This document shows positions 1 to 11,012 of a DNA stretch of 64,000 nucleotides, in pieces. A model generated the notes under the pieces. It saw only the letters and a list, made by a program, of their open reading frames with translations. It had not been told where the DNA came from and ran no database searches. The translations under genes and the position numbers were made by a program. This DNA comes from Escherichia coli. GTDB taxonomy: Bacteria > Pseudomonadota > Gammaproteobacteria > Enterobacterales > Enterobacteriaceae. The stretch lies in the NCBI RefSeq assembly GCF_003790525.1, contig NZ_CP033635.1, one strand, 5' to 3'. How positions within the stretch are numbered: position 1 is the stretch's first letter; each line of letters starts with the position of its first letter.

Positions 1-1660
1 TTACGTCGAATGGCTGGCAGATACCATGATTCGCGTTCCTGTTGAGCATACGCTGGATGCAGTCAATATTGCCGATCGGTACGACGCTAAAGCAGTAAAA
101 GAACGCCTGGCGATGATGACGCCGCAGAATGCGCGTATCTGGTATATCAGCCCGAAAGAGCCGCACAACAAAACGGCTTACTTTGTCGATGCGCCGTATC
201 AGGTCGATAAAATTAGCGCACAAACTTTCGCTGACTGGCAGAAAAAAGCCGCCGACATTGCGCTCTCTTTGCCAGAGCTTAACCCCTATATTCCTGACGA
301 TTTCTCGCTGATTAAGTCAGAGAAGAAATATGACCATCCAGAGCTGATTGTTGATGAGTCGAATCTGCGTGTGGTGTATGCGCCAAGCCGTTATTTTTCC
401 AGCGAACCCAAAGCTGATGTCAGCCTGATTTTGCGTAATCCAAAAGCCATGGATAGCGCCCGCAATCAGGTGATGTTTGCGCTCAATGATTATCTCGCAG
501 GGCTGGCGCTTGATCAGTTAAGCAACCAGGCGTCGGTTGGTGGCATAAGTTTTTCCACCAATGCTAACAACGGCCTTATGGTTAATGCCAATGGTTACAC
601 CCAGCGCCTGCCGCAGCTGTTCCAGGCATTGCTCGAGGGGTACTTTAGCTATACCGCTACGGAAGATCAGCTTGAGCAGGCGAAGTCCTGGTATAACCAG
701 ATGATGGATTCTGCAGAAAAGGGCAAAGCGTTCGAGCAGGCGATTATGCCCGCGCAGATGCTCTCGCAAGTACCATACTTCTCGCGAGATGAACGGCGCA
801 AAATTTTGCCCTCCATTACTTTGAAAGAGGTGATGGCCTATCGCGACGCCTTAAAATCAGGGGCTCGACCAGAGTTTATGGTTATCGGCAACATGACCGA
901 GGCCCAGGCAACAACGCTGGCACGCGATGTGCAAAAACAGTTGGGCGCTGATGGTTCGGAGTGGTGTCGTAACAAAGATGTCGTGGTCGATAAAAAACAA
1001 TCCGTCATCTTTGAAAAAGCCGGTAACAGCACCGACTCCGCACTGGCAGCGGTATTTGTACCGACTGGCTACGATGAATACACCAGTTCAGCGTATAGTT
1101 CTCTGTTGGGGCAGATCGTACAGCCGTGGTTCTACAATCAGTTGCGTACCGAAGAACAGTTGGGCTATGCCGTGTTTGCGTTTCCAATGAGCGTGGGGCG
1201 TCAGTGGGGCATGGGCTTCCTGTTGCAAAGCAATGATAAACAGCCTTCATTCTTGTGGGAGCGTTACAAGGCGTTTTTCCCGACCGCAGAAGCGAAACTG
1301 CGGGCGATGAAGCCAGAAGAGTTTGCGCAAATCCAGCAGGCGGTAATTACCCAGATGCTGCAGGCACCGCAAACGCTCGGCGAAGAAGCATCGAAGTTAA
1401 GTAAAGATTTCGATCGCGGCAATATGCGCTTCGATTCGCGTGATAAAATCGTGGCCCAGATAAAACTGCTGACGCCGCAAAAACTTGCTGATTTCTTCCA
1501 TCAGGCGGTGGTCGAGCCGCAAGGTATGGCTATTCTGTCGCAGATTTCCGGCAGCCAGAACGGGAAAGCCGAATATGTGCATCCTGAAGGCTGGAAAGTG
1601 TGGGAGAACGTCAGCGCGTTGCAGCAAACAATGCCCCTGATGAGTGAAAAGAATGAGTGA
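1..1660 (+). CDS. ptrA: Protease III (pitrilysin, M16 metalloprotease), C-terminal ~550 aa; the 5' end lies outside the window
   Basis: The frame is open from the window edge (ORF track 26..1660) to TGA 1658-1660. The translation is recognised as the E. coli PtrA C-terminal half. The stop overlaps the recB start, as in the ptrA-recB-recD operon. Confidence 0.93.
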   Translation, partial: YVEWLADTMIRVPVEHTLDAVNIADRYDAKAVKERLAMMTPQNARIWYISPKEPHNKTAYFVDAPYQVDKISAQTFADWQKKAADIALSLPELNPYIPDDFSLIKSEKKYDHPELIVDESNLRVVYAPSRYFSSEPKADVSLILRNPKAMDSARNQVMFALNDYLAGLALDQLSNQASVGGISFSTNANNGLMVNANGYTQRLPQLFQALLEGYFSYTATEDQLEQAKSWYNQMMDSAEKGKAFEQAIMPAQMLSQVPYFSRDERRKILPSITLKEVMAYRDALKSGARPEFMVIGNMTEAQATTLARDVQKQLGADGSEWCRNKDVVVDKKQSVIFEKAGNSTDSALAAVFVPTGYDEYTSSAYSSLLGQIVQPWFYNQLRTEEQLGYAVFAFPMSVGRQWGMGFLLQSNDKQPSFLWERYKAFFPTAEAKLRAMKPEEFAQIQQAVITQMLQAPQTLGEEASKLSKDFDRGNMRFDSRDKIVAQIKLLTPQKLADFFHQAVVEPQGMAILSQISGSQNGKAEYVHPEGWKVWENVSALQQTMPLMSEKNE

Positions 1661-4600
1661 TGTCGCCGAGACACTAGATCCTTTGCGCTTGCCCTTACAG
1701 GGCGAGCGCCTGATTGAAGCCTCTGCCGGCACAGGCAAAACCTTTACGATTGCGGCGCTCTATTTGCGCCTGTTACTTGGACTAGGCGGTTCTGCCGCCT
1801 TTCCCCGCCCGCTGACCGTTGAAGAACTGCTGGTGGTCACCTTTACCGAGGCTGCCACGGCAGAATTGCGCGGTCGTATCCGTAGCAATATCCACGAGTT
1901 GCGCATCGCCTGTCTGCGTGAAACCACCGACAATCCACTGTACGAACGCCTGCTGGAAGAGATCGACGATAAAGCGCAAGCCGCGCAGTGGTTGTTGTTA
2001 GCCGAGCGGCAGATGGATGAAGCGGCAGTCTTTACTATTCACGGCTTTTGCCAGCGCATGCTCAACCTGAATGCCTTTGAATCCGGCATGCTGTTTGAGC
2101 AGCAGCTGATTGAAGATGAGTCTCTGCTACGCTACCAGGCCTGCGCCGATTTCTGGCGTCGCCACTGCTACCCGCTGCCGCGTGAAATTGCCCAGGTCGT
2201 CTTTGAAACCTGGAAAGGGCCGCAGGCGTTACTGCGCGATATTAATCGTTATCTGCAAGGCGAAGCGCCGGTTATCAAAGCGCCGCCGCCCGATGATGAA
2301 ACGCTGGCTTCCCGCCACGCGCAAATTGTGGCGCGTATTGATACGGTAAAACAGCAGTGGCGCGACGCGGTGGGTGAACTGGATGCGCTGATCGAATCTT
2401 CTGGTATTGATCGACGCAAGTTTAACCGTAGCAATCAGGCTAAATGGATCGACAAGATCAGCGCCTGGGCAGAAGAAGAGACCAACAGCTATCAGTTGCC
2501 AGAGTCGCTGGAAAAATTCTCTCAGTGTTTCTTAGAAGATCGCACGAAAGCCGGGGGGGAAACCCCGCGACATCCACTGTTTGAGGCGATCGATCAACTG
2601 CTTGCAGAACCATTGTCGATCCGCGATCTGGTGATCACTCGCGCATTAGCTGAGATCCGCGAAACAGTAGCGCGTGAAAAACGCCGCCGTGGCGAATTGG
2701 GTTTTGATGACATGTTAAGTCGGCTCGATTCCGCGCTGCGTAGTGAAAGCGGCGAGGTATTGGCAGCGGCGATCCGTACGCGATTCCCGGTGGCAATGAT
2801 CGATGAATTTCAGGATACCGACCCCCAGCAGTACCGAATTTTTCGCCGTATCTGGCACCATCAGCCGGAAACCGCATTGTTGCTGATTGGCGACCCGAAA
2901 CAGGCCATTTATGCATTCCGGGGTGCGGATATCTTCACTTATATGAAGGCGCGTAGCGAAGTTCACGCCCACTACACCTTAGACACCAACTGGCGTTCCG
3001 CACCGGGAATGGTGAACAGCGTTAACAAACTTTTCAGCCAGACTGATGACGCGTTCATGTTTCGTGAAATACCGTTTATTCCTGTGAAATCTGCCGGGAA
3101 AAATCAGGCGTTACGTTTTGTGTTTAAAGGTGAAACGCAGCCTGCGATGAAAATGTGGCTGATGGAAGGCGAAAGCTGCGGCGTTGGCGACTATCAAAGT
3201 ACCATGGCGCAGGTATGTGCTGCGCAAATCCGCGACTGGTTACAGGCTGGGCAGCGCGGGGAAGCGTTGCTGATGAACGGCGATGATGCACGTCCGGTAC
3301 GTGCTTCGGACATCAGTGTGCTGGTGCGCAGCCGCCAGGAGGCCGCTCAGGTGCGCGATGCCTTAACGCTGCTGGAAATCCCTTCCGTTTACCTTTCGAA
3401 CCGCGACAGTGTTTTTGAAACTCTGGAAGCACAGGAGATGCTTTGGCTGTTGCAGGCGGTGATGACACCCGAACGTGAGAACACCCTGCGCAGTGCGCTG
3501 GCAACGTCAATGATGGGGCTGAATGCGCTGGATATTGAAACGCTGAATAATGACGAACATGCGTGGGATGCGGTAGTCGAAGAGTTCGATGGTTATCGGC
3601 AAATCTGGCGCAAACGTGGCGTTATGCCGATGCTGCGGGCGCTGATGTCGGCGCGTAACATTGCAGAAAACTTGCTGGCAACAGCAGGCGGTGAGCGGCG
3701 TCTTACCGATATCTTGCATATCAGCGAATTGCTACAAGAAGCCGGCACGCAGCTGGAAAGTGAACATGCGCTGGTACGCTGGTTATCGCAACATATCCTC
3801 GAGCCAGACAGTAATGCCTCCAGCCAACAAATGCGTCTCGAAAGTGATAAACATCTCGTGCAGATTGTCACGATCCACAAATCGAAAGGGCTGGAATATC
3901 CATTGGTCTGGCTGCCGTTTATCACCAATTTCCGCGTCCAGGATCAGGCGTTTTATCACGATCGCCACTCGTTTGAGGCTGTTCTGGATCTTAATGCTGC
4001 GCCAGAAAGCGTCGACCTCGCGGAGGCCGAACGTCTGGCGGAAGATCTGCGTTTGCTTTACGTGGCGCTGACGCGTTCGGTTTGGCATTGCAGTCTCGGC
4101 GTTGCACCGCTGGTGCGCCGTCGTGGCGATAAAAAAGGTGATACCGACGTCCACCAAAGTGCGCTCGGGCGTTTGCTGCAAAAAGGGGAACCGCAAGATG
4201 CGGCAGGGCTTCGCACCTGTATTGAAGCGTTATGCGATGATGATATTGCCTGGCAAACGGCACAAACTGGTGATAACCAGCCCTGGCAGGTTAATGATGC
4301 ATTAACTGCAGAACTGAATGCGAGGACGCTACAACGATTGCCCGGCGATAACTGGCGTGTCACCAGCTACTCCGGTTTGCAGCAGCGTGGTCACGGTATC
4401 GCTCAGGATCTGATGCCACGGTTGGATGTTGATGCCGCAGGCGTGGTCAGCGTCGTTGAAGAACCGACGTTAACACCGCATCAGTTCCCGCGCGGTGCGT
4501 CACCGGGGACATTCTTGCACAGTTTGTTTGAAGACCTCGATTTTACCCAGCCGGTTGACCCGAACTGGGTACAGGAAAAACTGGAGCTCGGTGGCTTTGA

Positions 4601-5195
4601 ACCGCAGTGGGAACCGGTGTTGACTGAGTGGATCACGGCTGTCCTCCAGGCACCTCTCAATGAAACGGGTGTTAGCCTGAATCAGCTTTCCGATCGCGAT
4701 AAACAGGTGGAGATGGAGTTTTACCTGCCGATTAGTGAACCGCTTATCGCCAGCCAGCTTGATGCACTAATTCGCCAGTTTGACCCGCTATCCGCTGGCT
4801 GCCCGCCGCTGGAGTTCATGCAGGTACGCGGCATGTTAAAAGGCTTTATCGACCTGGTATTCCGCCACGAAGGGCGTTATTACCTGCTCGACTATAAATC
4901 CAACTGGTTGGGTGAAGACAGTTCGGCTTACACCCAACAGGCTATGGCAGCGGCAATGCAGGCACACCGCTATGATCTGCAATATCAGCTTTATACCCTG
5001 GCGCTGCACCGTTATCTGCGCCATCGCATTGCTGATTATGACTATGAGCGCCACTTTGGCGGCGTTATTTATCTGTTCCTGCGTGGCGTTGATAAAGAAC
5101 ATCCGCAACAAGGGATCTACGCGACCCGACCCAACGCCGGGTTGATTGACCTGATGGATGAGATGTTTGCCGGTATGACCCTGGAGGAGGCGTAA
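1653..5195 (+). CDS. recB: RecBCD exonuclease V beta subunit (helicase/nuclease)
   Basis: ORF 1644..5195. From ATG 1653 the product starts [30 protein letters not shown] (Walker A) and is 1180 aa, which I recognise as RecB. The start overlaps the ptrA stop by 8 nt. Confidence 0.97.
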   Translation: MSDVAETLDPLRLPLQGERLIEASAGTGKTFTIAALYLRLLLGLGGSAAFPRPLTVEELLVVTFTEAATAELRGRIRSNIHELRIACLRETTDNPLYERLLEEIDDKAQAAQWLLLAERQMDEAAVFTIHGFCQRMLNLNAFESGMLFEQQLIEDESLLRYQACADFWRRHCYPLPREIAQVVFETWKGPQALLRDINRYLQGEAPVIKAPPPDDETLASRHAQIVARIDTVKQQWRDAVGELDALIESSGIDRRKFNRSNQAKWIDKISAWAEEETNSYQLPESLEKFSQCFLEDRTKAGGETPRHPLFEAIDQLLAEPLSIRDLVITRALAEIRETVAREKRRRGELGFDDMLSRLDSALRSESGEVLAAAIRTRFPVAMIDEFQDTDPQQYRIFRRIWHHQPETALLLIGDPKQAIYAFRGADIFTYMKARSEVHAHYTLDTNWRSAPGMVNSVNKLFSQTDDAFMFREIPFIPVKSAGKNQALRFVFKGETQPAMKMWLMEGESCGVGDYQSTMAQVCAAQIRDWLQAGQRGEALLMNGDDARPVRASDISVLVRSRQEAAQVRDALTLLEIPSVYLSNRDSVFETLEAQEMLWLLQAVMTPERENTLRSALATSMMGLNALDIETLNNDEHAWDAVVEEFDGYRQIWRKRGVMPMLRALMSARNIAENLLATAGGERRLTDILHISELLQEAGTQLESEHALVRWLSQHILEPDSNASSQQMRLESDKHLVQIVTIHKSKGLEYPLVWLPFITNFRVQDQAFYHDRHSFEAVLDLNAAPESVDLAEAERLAEDLRLLYVALTRSVWHCSLGVAPLVRRRGDKKGDTDVHQSALGRLLQKGEPQDAAGLRTCIEALCDDDIAWQTAQTGDNQPWQVNDALTAELNARTLQRLPGDNWRVTSYSGLQQRGHGIAQDLMPRLDVDAAGVVSVVEEPTLTPHQFPRGASPGTFLHSLFEDLDFTQPVDPNWVQEKLELGGFEPQWEPVLTEWITAVLQAPLNETGVSLNQLSDRDKQVEMEFYLPISEPLIASQLDALIRQFDPLSAGCPPLEFMQVRGMLKGFIDLVFRHEGRYYLLDYKSNWLGEDSSAYTQQAMAAAMQAHRYDLQYQLYTLALHRYLRHRIADYDYERHFGGVIYLFLRGVDKEHPQQGIYATRPNAGLIDLMDEMFAGMTLEEA

Positions 5196-7021
5196 TGAAA
5201 TTGCAAAAGCAATTACTGGAAGCTGTGGAGCACAAACAGCTACGCCCGCTGGACGTGCAGTTTGCCCTGACCGTGGCGGGAGATGAACATCCTGCCGTCA
5301 CCCTCGCGGCGGCACTGTTAAGTCATGATGCCGGAGAGGGACACGTTTGTTTGCCGCTTTCACGACTGGAAAATAACGAGGCATCGCATCCGCTGTTGGC
5401 GACCTGTGTCAGTGAAATCGGTGAGCTACAAAATTGGGAAGAATGCTTGCTGGCTTCACAAGCGGTCAGCCGGGGAGATGAACCAACGCCGATGATCCTC
5501 TGTGGCGATCGTCTTTATTTGAATCGCATGTGGTGTAACGAGCGCACAGTGGCACGCTTTTTCAACGAAGTGAATCATGCCATTGAGGTTGATGAAGCTC
5601 TACTGGCGCAAACCCTGGACAAACTTTTTCCAGTAAGCGATGACATTAACTGGCAAAAAGTGGCGGCGGCAGTGGCGCTGACGCGGCGGATTTCGGTGAT
5701 TTCCGGCGGTCCTGGCACCGGTAAAACGACCACCGTAGCGAAGTTGCTGGCAGCCTTAATTCAAATGGCCGACGGAGAACGCTGCCGTATCCGTCTGGCT
5801 GCACCAACGGGTAAAGCTGCCGCGCGCTTAACCGAATCTCTCGGCAAGGCTTTGCGCCAGTTACCGCTGACCGATGAACAAAAGAAACGCATTCCGGAAG
5901 ATGCCAGTACTTTGCACCGATTGCTGGGCGCACAGCCGGGTAGCCAGCGTTTACGTCATCATGCCGGTAACCCGCTGCATCTTGATGTGCTGGTAGTAGA
6001 TGAAGCGTCAATGATCGATCTGCCGATGATGTCGAGACTGATAGACGCCTTGCCCGATCATGCGCGAGTGATCTTTCTCGGCGATCGTGATCAACTGGCC
6101 TCGGTTGAGGCTGGGGCTGTGCTGGGCGATATTTGTGCTTATGCCAATGCCGGCTTTACCGCCGAGCGTGCCGGGCAGCTAAGCCGCCTGACGGGAACTC
6201 ACATTCCGTCAGGAACTGGCACAGAAGCGGCATCTTTGCGCGACAGTCTCTGCCTGCTGCAAAAAAGCTATCGTTTCGGCAGCGATTCTGGCATTGGTCA
6301 GTTAGCTGCGGCGATTAACCGTGGTGATAAAATGGCAGTGAAAACCGTTTTTCAGCAGGATTTTACTGATATCGAAAAACGGCTTTTACAGAGCGGCGAA
6401 GATTATATTGCGATGCTTGAGGAAGCTCTTTCGGGTTACGGACGTTATCTGGATCTGCTGCAAGCGCGTGCCGAGCCGGATTTAATCATTCAGGCGTTCA
6501 ATGAGTACCAGCTTTTGTGCGCCCTGCGGGAAGGGCCGTTTGGCGTGGCTGGACTGAATGAGCGAATTGAGCAGTTTATGCAACAGAAGCGCAAAATTCA
6601 TCGTAATCCGCACTCTCGTTGGTACGAAGGCCGACCGGTGATGATTGCCCGTAATGACAGCGCGCTTGGGTTGTTTAATGGCGATATCGGTATTGCGCTG
6701 GATCGCGGGCAGGGGACGCGCGTCTGGTTTGCGATGCCGGACGGCAATATTAAGTCTGTGCAACCGAGTCGCTTGCCAGAGCACGAAACGACGTGGGCGA
6801 TGACGGTACATAAATCGCAGGGATCGGAGTTCGACCATGCGGCGTTGATTTTACCGAGCCAACGCACGCCAGTAGTAACACGAGAGCTGGTTTACACTGC
6901 GGTGACCCGCGCGCGTCGCCGTCTGTCGCTGTATGCCGATGAGCGCATTTTAAGTGCGGCAATTGCCACGCGCACCGAGCGGCGCAGCGGTCTGGCGGCG
7001 TTGTTTAGTTCACGGGGATAA
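5195..7021 (+). CDS. recD: RecBCD exonuclease V alpha subunit (5'-3' helicase)
   Basis: 608-aa ORF with a [10 protein letters not shown] Walker A motif, recognised as RecD. Its ATG shares one base with the recB TAA (TAATG at 5193-5197). Confidence 0.97.
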   Translation: MKLQKQLLEAVEHKQLRPLDVQFALTVAGDEHPAVTLAAALLSHDAGEGHVCLPLSRLENNEASHPLLATCVSEIGELQNWEECLLASQAVSRGDEPTPMILCGDRLYLNRMWCNERTVARFFNEVNHAIEVDEALLAQTLDKLFPVSDDINWQKVAAAVALTRRISVISGGPGTGKTTTVAKLLAALIQMADGERCRIRLAAPTGKAAARLTESLGKALRQLPLTDEQKKRIPEDASTLHRLLGAQPGSQRLRHHAGNPLHLDVLVVDEASMIDLPMMSRLIDALPDHARVIFLGDRDQLASVEAGAVLGDICAYANAGFTAERAGQLSRLTGTHIPSGTGTEAASLRDSLCLLQKSYRFGSDSGIGQLAAAINRGDKMAVKTVFQQDFTDIEKRLLQSGEDYIAMLEEALSGYGRYLDLLQARAEPDLIIQAFNEYQLLCALREGPFGVAGLNERIEQFMQQKRKIHRNPHSRWYEGRPVMIARNDSALGLFNGDIGIALDRGQGTRVWFAMPDGNIKSVQPSRLPEHETTWAMTVHKSQGSEFDHAALILPSQRTPVVTRELVYTAVTRARRRLSLYADERILSAAIATRTERRSGLAALFSSRG

Positions 7022-7028
7022 ACGTAAT

Positions 7029-7071
7029 TGCCGGATGCGACGCACGAGTGTTACGCATGTCGCATCCGGCG
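7029..7071. repeat. REP-type palindromic element forming a hairpin between convergent recD and argA
   Basis: gccggatgcgacgc ... gtcgcatccggc inverted repeat. It matches the GCCGGATGCGRCG REP core. Confidence 0.7.
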
Positions 7072-7082
7072 ATTTTCATCGC

Positions 7083-8414
7083 TTACCCTAAATCCGCCAT
7101 CAAAACTTTGGATTTACGCTGGTAGTTGTACAACTGCTTTTTGCTCTCGGGCAGTAAATCAATATCCACTGGGGTAAATCCACGTTCCTGGAACCAGTGA
7201 ATACTGCGCGTGGTCAGCACAAACAATTTGCTTAAGCCGCTCTGCTTCGCCTGAGCGGCAATGCGTTCCAGCAGAACCTCGCCCCGTGATGAGCTGCGGT
7301 AATCCGGGTGAACTGCCACACAGGCCATTTCCCCAATCTTCTCTTCCGGGAACGGATAGAGCGCGGCGCAGGCAATAGTCGTGTTATCGCGCTGAATAAT
7401 GGTGAATTTGTCGATTTCCATCTCCAGCTGCTCGCGAGAACGGCGTACCAGAATACCTTGCTGCTCCAGTGGGCGAATCAACTCCAGAATGCCGCCAATA
7501 TCGTTGATTGTTGCGCGACGAATTTGCTCGGCGCTTTCCATCACAATCTGCGTACCGATACCGTCACGTGAGAACAACTCTTGCAACAGCGCGCCATCTT
7601 CCTGATAACTGATTAAATGACAGCGACGCACGCCGCTGCGGCAGGCTTTCACTGCGCCACGCAAAAAGCGCACCGTACCGGAGTTGTAATCGCCTTTCTC
7701 TTCCTGGGCTTCTACCCGCGCTTGCGCTTCGTTAGGGAAAAGTTCTGAGACAATATCACCGTCGTCATTAGTGACGCCCTGTGAAGAGCAAAAACCAATC
7801 ATCTTCTCAGCTTTCAGTTTGATGGCCAGTTGAGTGGCAATCTCTTCCGAGGTCAGATTAAAGCTCTCGCCAGTGACTGAAACCGCGACCGGCCCCAGCA
7901 GCACTATCGCACCGCTGTCCAGTTGACGATGAATCGCATCTTCGTCAATCCGCCGGATACGCCCGCTATGGCAGTAATCCACACCGTCATCCACGCCCAG
8001 CGGCTGGGCAATAATAAAATTGCCACTGACGACGTTGATATGCGCGCCCTGCAGCGGCGTGTTATTGAGACTCATCGACAGGCGAGCAGTAATATCCAGT
8101 TGCAATGTTCCCGCAGCCTGCTTCACCAGTTCCAGTGTTTTGGCGTCGGTCACGCGTATATTTTTGTGATATAGCGGTTCGTGGTGATGCGCTGCCAGAT
8201 TTGCATCGATCTGCGGGCGCGCTCCATAGACCACGACCAGACGGATGCCGAGGCTGTGCAGCAACCCGATATCATTAACGATACTGGAGAAATTCTCATG
8301 CTCAATGGCTTCACCGCCGAGCATTATGACAAACGTTTTTCCCCGGTGGGTATTGATATAGGGAACCGAATGGCGGAATCCCTCGACCAACTCGGTTTTA
8401 CGTTCCTTTACCAC
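7083..8414 (-). CDS. argA: N-acetylglutamate synthase
   Basis: ORF 7083..8480. The recognised ArgA sequence (V/M)[27 protein letters not shown] starts at GTG 8414, giving 443 aa. Confidence 0.95.
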   Translation of the reverse strand: MVKERKTELVEGFRHSVPYINTHRGKTFVIMLGGEAIEHENFSSIVNDIGLLHSLGIRLVVVYGARPQIDANLAAHHHEPLYHKNIRVTDAKTLELVKQAAGTLQLDITARLSMSLNNTPLQGAHINVVSGNFIIAQPLGVDDGVDYCHSGRIRRIDEDAIHRQLDSGAIVLLGPVAVSVTGESFNLTSEEIATQLAIKLKAEKMIGFCSSQGVTNDDGDIVSELFPNEAQARVEAQEEKGDYNSGTVRFLRGAVKACRSGVRRCHLISYQEDGALLQELFSRDGIGTQIVMESAEQIRRATINDIGGILELIRPLEQQGILVRRSREQLEMEIDKFTIIQRDNTTIACAALYPFPEEKIGEMACVAVHPDYRSSSRGEVLLERIAAQAKQSGLSKLFVLTTRSIHWFQERGFTPVDIDLLPESKKQLYNYQRKSKVLMADLG

Positions 8415-8424
8415 GGCACACCTC

Positions 8425-8463
8425 TTTGCATGATTATTCGAAATTATTGTATTTTTATTCTGT
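8425..8463 (-). promoter_or_regulatory. Putative ArgR operator (two ARG boxes separated by 3 bp) upstream of argA
   Basis: The minus strand reads cAGAATAAAAATACAat aat ttCGAATAATCATGCA. Each half resembles the wNTGAATwwwwATTCANw ARG box with 2-4 mismatches. The 21-bp centre-to-centre spacing was read by eye. Confidence 0.45.
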
Positions 8464-8645
8464 TTTTTCGCAGGGTGCAAGTGTAAATTTTATGCGGGAG
8501 CGACTTTTTTATCAGTAATACCGTGAATATAAAAAGAATGTTTACCGTTTTATAGATGACAGATTATGCGTCTTTCGCTAAAGTTTCCGGTCAAATTGGT
8601 CGTTTACTTGTTACACAGCTTAGATTTCTTTTGCTCGGGAGAGGC

Positions 8646-9899
8646 ATGTCAGGATCCAACACTGCAATCAGCCGTCGTCGTTTACTGCAAGGCGCGGGTG
8701 CCATGTGGCTATTGAGCGTAAGTCAGGTCAGCCTGGCTGCGGTCAGCCAGGTCGTGGCGGTGCGCGTCTGGCCTGCGTCCAGCTACACCCGCGTGACGGT
8801 AGAATCTAATCGTCAGCTGAAATATAAGCAGTTCGCGTTGAGTAATCCTGAACGCGTGGTGGTGGATATCGAAGATGTAAACCTGAACTCGGTGCTCAAG
8901 GGGATGGCTGCGCAAATCCGCGCTGACGACCCGTTCATCAAGTCGGCGCGCGTCGGGCAATTTGACCCGCAAACCGTACGTATGGTTTTTGAATTAAAGC
9001 AAAACGTAAAACCGCAGCTGTTTGCCCTTGCGCCGGTCGCCGGGTTTAAAGAGCGTCTGGTGATGGATCTCTATCCTGCCAATGCACAGGATATGCAGGA
9101 CCCGCTGCTGGCGCTGCTGGAGGATTACAACAAAGGCGACCTCGAAAAGCAGGTGCCGCCAGCACAAAGTGGTCCACAACCGGGTAAAGCTGGGCGGGAT
9201 CGTCCGATTGTCATTATGCTTGACCCTGGTCACGGTGGCGAAGACTCCGGTGCGGTGGGGAAATACAAAACACGCGAAAAAGACGTAGTATTGCAAATAG
9301 CTCGCCGTCTGCGCTCTCTGATCGAGAAAGAGGGCAATATGAAGGTGTACATGACGCGCAATGAAGACATCTTCATTCCGTTGCAAGTGCGCGTAGCAAA
9401 AGCCCAGAAACAGCGTGCTGACTTGTTTGTCTCTATCCATGCCGACGCCTTTACCAGTCGCCAGCCGAGCGGTTCCTCGGTGTTTGCGCTCTCAACCAAA
9501 GGCGCAACCAGTACTGCGGCAAAATATCTGGCACAAACCCAGAACGCCTCGGACTTGATTGGTGGCGTAAGCAAAAGCGGTGACCGCTATGTCGACCACA
9601 CTATGTTCGATATGGTGCAGTCGCTGACCATTGCTGACAGCCTGAAGTTTGGTAAAGCGGTGCTGAATAAGCTCGGTAAAATCAACAAGCTGCATAAAAA
9701 TCAAGTTGAACAGGCCGGGTTTGCCGTACTAAAGGCACCAGATATTCCCTCCATTCTGGTCGAAACGGCGTTTATCAGTAACGTTGAGGAAGAGCGTAAA
9801 CTGAAAACGGCGACTTTCCAGCAGGAAGTTGCGGAGTCTATTCTTGCGGGAATTAAAGCGTATTTTGCCGATGGGGCGACGCTGGCGAGAAGGGGATAA
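8646..9899 (+). CDS. amiC: N-acetylmuramoyl-L-alanine amidase AmiC (Tat-exported)
   Basis: ORF 8556..9899. The recognised AmiC starts at ATG 8646 ([18 protein letters not shown], twin-arginine signal) and is 417 aa. Confidence 0.95.
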
Positions 9900-10071
9900 T
9901 GTTTTTATTTATTCAATGAATTTATATTTCGTTGAATAGATAACATTTACCTGAATATTAGACGCTGGTTTTGTGACTGATGTCGGATATTTGAATGTCG
10001 GCTTGAAAAATAAGCCGACCATCTCTTTAATTAAGCACAATTCCGTGTAATGTATACGCATTAGTTAATCA

Positions 10072-10101
10072 TCTTGTAACTGTTAAATCAGGCAAGGCAA
10101 T
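10072..10101 (+). promoter_or_regulatory. RAT-like (ribonucleic antiterminator) element, probable target of the downstream BglG-family antiterminator
   Basis: tCTTGTAACTGTTAAATCAGGCAAGGCAat aligns by eye with the bgl/licT RAT consensus GGATTGTTACTG.....CAGGCAAAACC at about 20 of 29 positions. Its 3' part overlaps the left arm of the terminator stem. Confidence 0.6.
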
Positions 10102-10145
10102 GTTTGAAGTAATCATTACTTCTGACGTGCCTTGCCTTTTTTTTT
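10091..10145 (+). terminator. Intrinsic terminator in the leader of the island operon
   Basis: ggcaaggca (10091-10099) pairs with tgccttgcc (10128-10136). There is an inner gaagtaat/attacttc stem, followed by a run of 9 T (10137-10145) just before the antiterminator RBS and ATG. Confidence 0.8.
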
Positions 10146-10156
10146 GGAGCCATGAA

Positions 10157-10981
10157 ATGATCATCGAAAAAGTCATGAACAATAATTGTGTACAGGCATC
10201 GATGAATGGACAGGAGGTTATCATTTCTGGGCCTGGCGTCGGTTACAACAAAAAATATGGAATGTCGGTCCCTGAGCATCCGGCTAACCGGATTTTTTAT
10301 GTCAGAAATGAACAAAAAAATAAACTCTACAAATTGATTGAACATGTGGATATTGAGTATGTTTTTGTTGCCGAAAAAATAGTGCAATATGCGGAGAACA
10401 ATCTCGAAAAAAATCTCAATCCATCGCTACTATTGATTCTTGCTGATCACATTTCGAATGCAATATCCCGAGTCGCTTCAGGCATACAAATTAATAATGT
10501 TTTCCTTGATGAAATCAAAGCGTTGTACAAAGCAGAGTATGCGATAAGTCGCGATGCATTAACTATCATTAATGAGCAATTCAGCGTTCAACTTCCTGAT
10601 GATGAGATTGGTTTTATAGCATTGCATATTTTAAATAATTATGAAAATTCAGTTGATTATGAATCAGTACGGATTATTGAGTTGTCGCAAATAATCACGG
10701 GGCTTATTGAAGTTGTTTATAACAGAAAGGTGGACAGAAGTTCATTTAATTATTCCAGGTTCATGATACACCTTAAATATTTTTCAAGTCGCGTATTATG
10801 TAATGAAAAGATAAAACAAAAAGATATTGGTGACATCTATGAGCAGTTTCTTGAGAAAGACATCCTGTTACAGCGCGCAATTCATGAAATTGAACGGTAT
10901 CTGTATGCCACTTTTAAATATGAATTAATTTTAGAAGAAAAACTATATCTCTCAATTCGTACCAAAGTATTAATGGACTAA
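10157..10981 (+). CDS. BglG/LicT/SacY-family transcription antiterminator (CAT RNA-binding domain plus PRD domains)
   Basis: ORF 10100..10981. Starting at ATG 10157 (ggag RBS upstream), the N-terminus MIIEKVMNNNCVQASMNGQEVIISGPGVGYNKK matches the CAT domain pattern MKIxKVLNNNVV...G.E.I..G.GIGF. Its length of 274 aa is typical for the family. Confidence 0.85.
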   Translation: MIIEKVMNNNCVQASMNGQEVIISGPGVGYNKKYGMSVPEHPANRIFYVRNEQKNKLYKLIEHVDIEYVFVAEKIVQYAENNLEKNLNPSLLLILADHISNAISRVASGIQINNVFLDEIKALYKAEYAISRDALTIINEQFSVQLPDDEIGFIALHILNNYENSVDYESVRIIELSQIITGLIEVVYNRKVDRSSFNYSRFMIHLKYFSSRVLCNEKIKQKDIGDIYEQFLEKDILLQRAIHEIERYLYATFKYELILEEKLYLSIRTKVLMD

Positions 10982-11012
10982 TTATATATAACATTTATAT
11001 GAGATAACCCAC

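Noticed and set aside
9966-10003. A possible degenerate copy of the tRNA-fMet 3' end (tggtt...cggat.tttgaa) at the amiC-side island boundary, which would be an att-type direct repeat. The same stretch also contains a half-good CRP-like TGTGActgatgTCGGA.
   Set aside because: The shared words occur in the same order but with different spacing and many mismatches. By eye this cannot be distinguished from chance in AT-rich DNA. A proper local alignment against metV and the empty K-12 site is needed.
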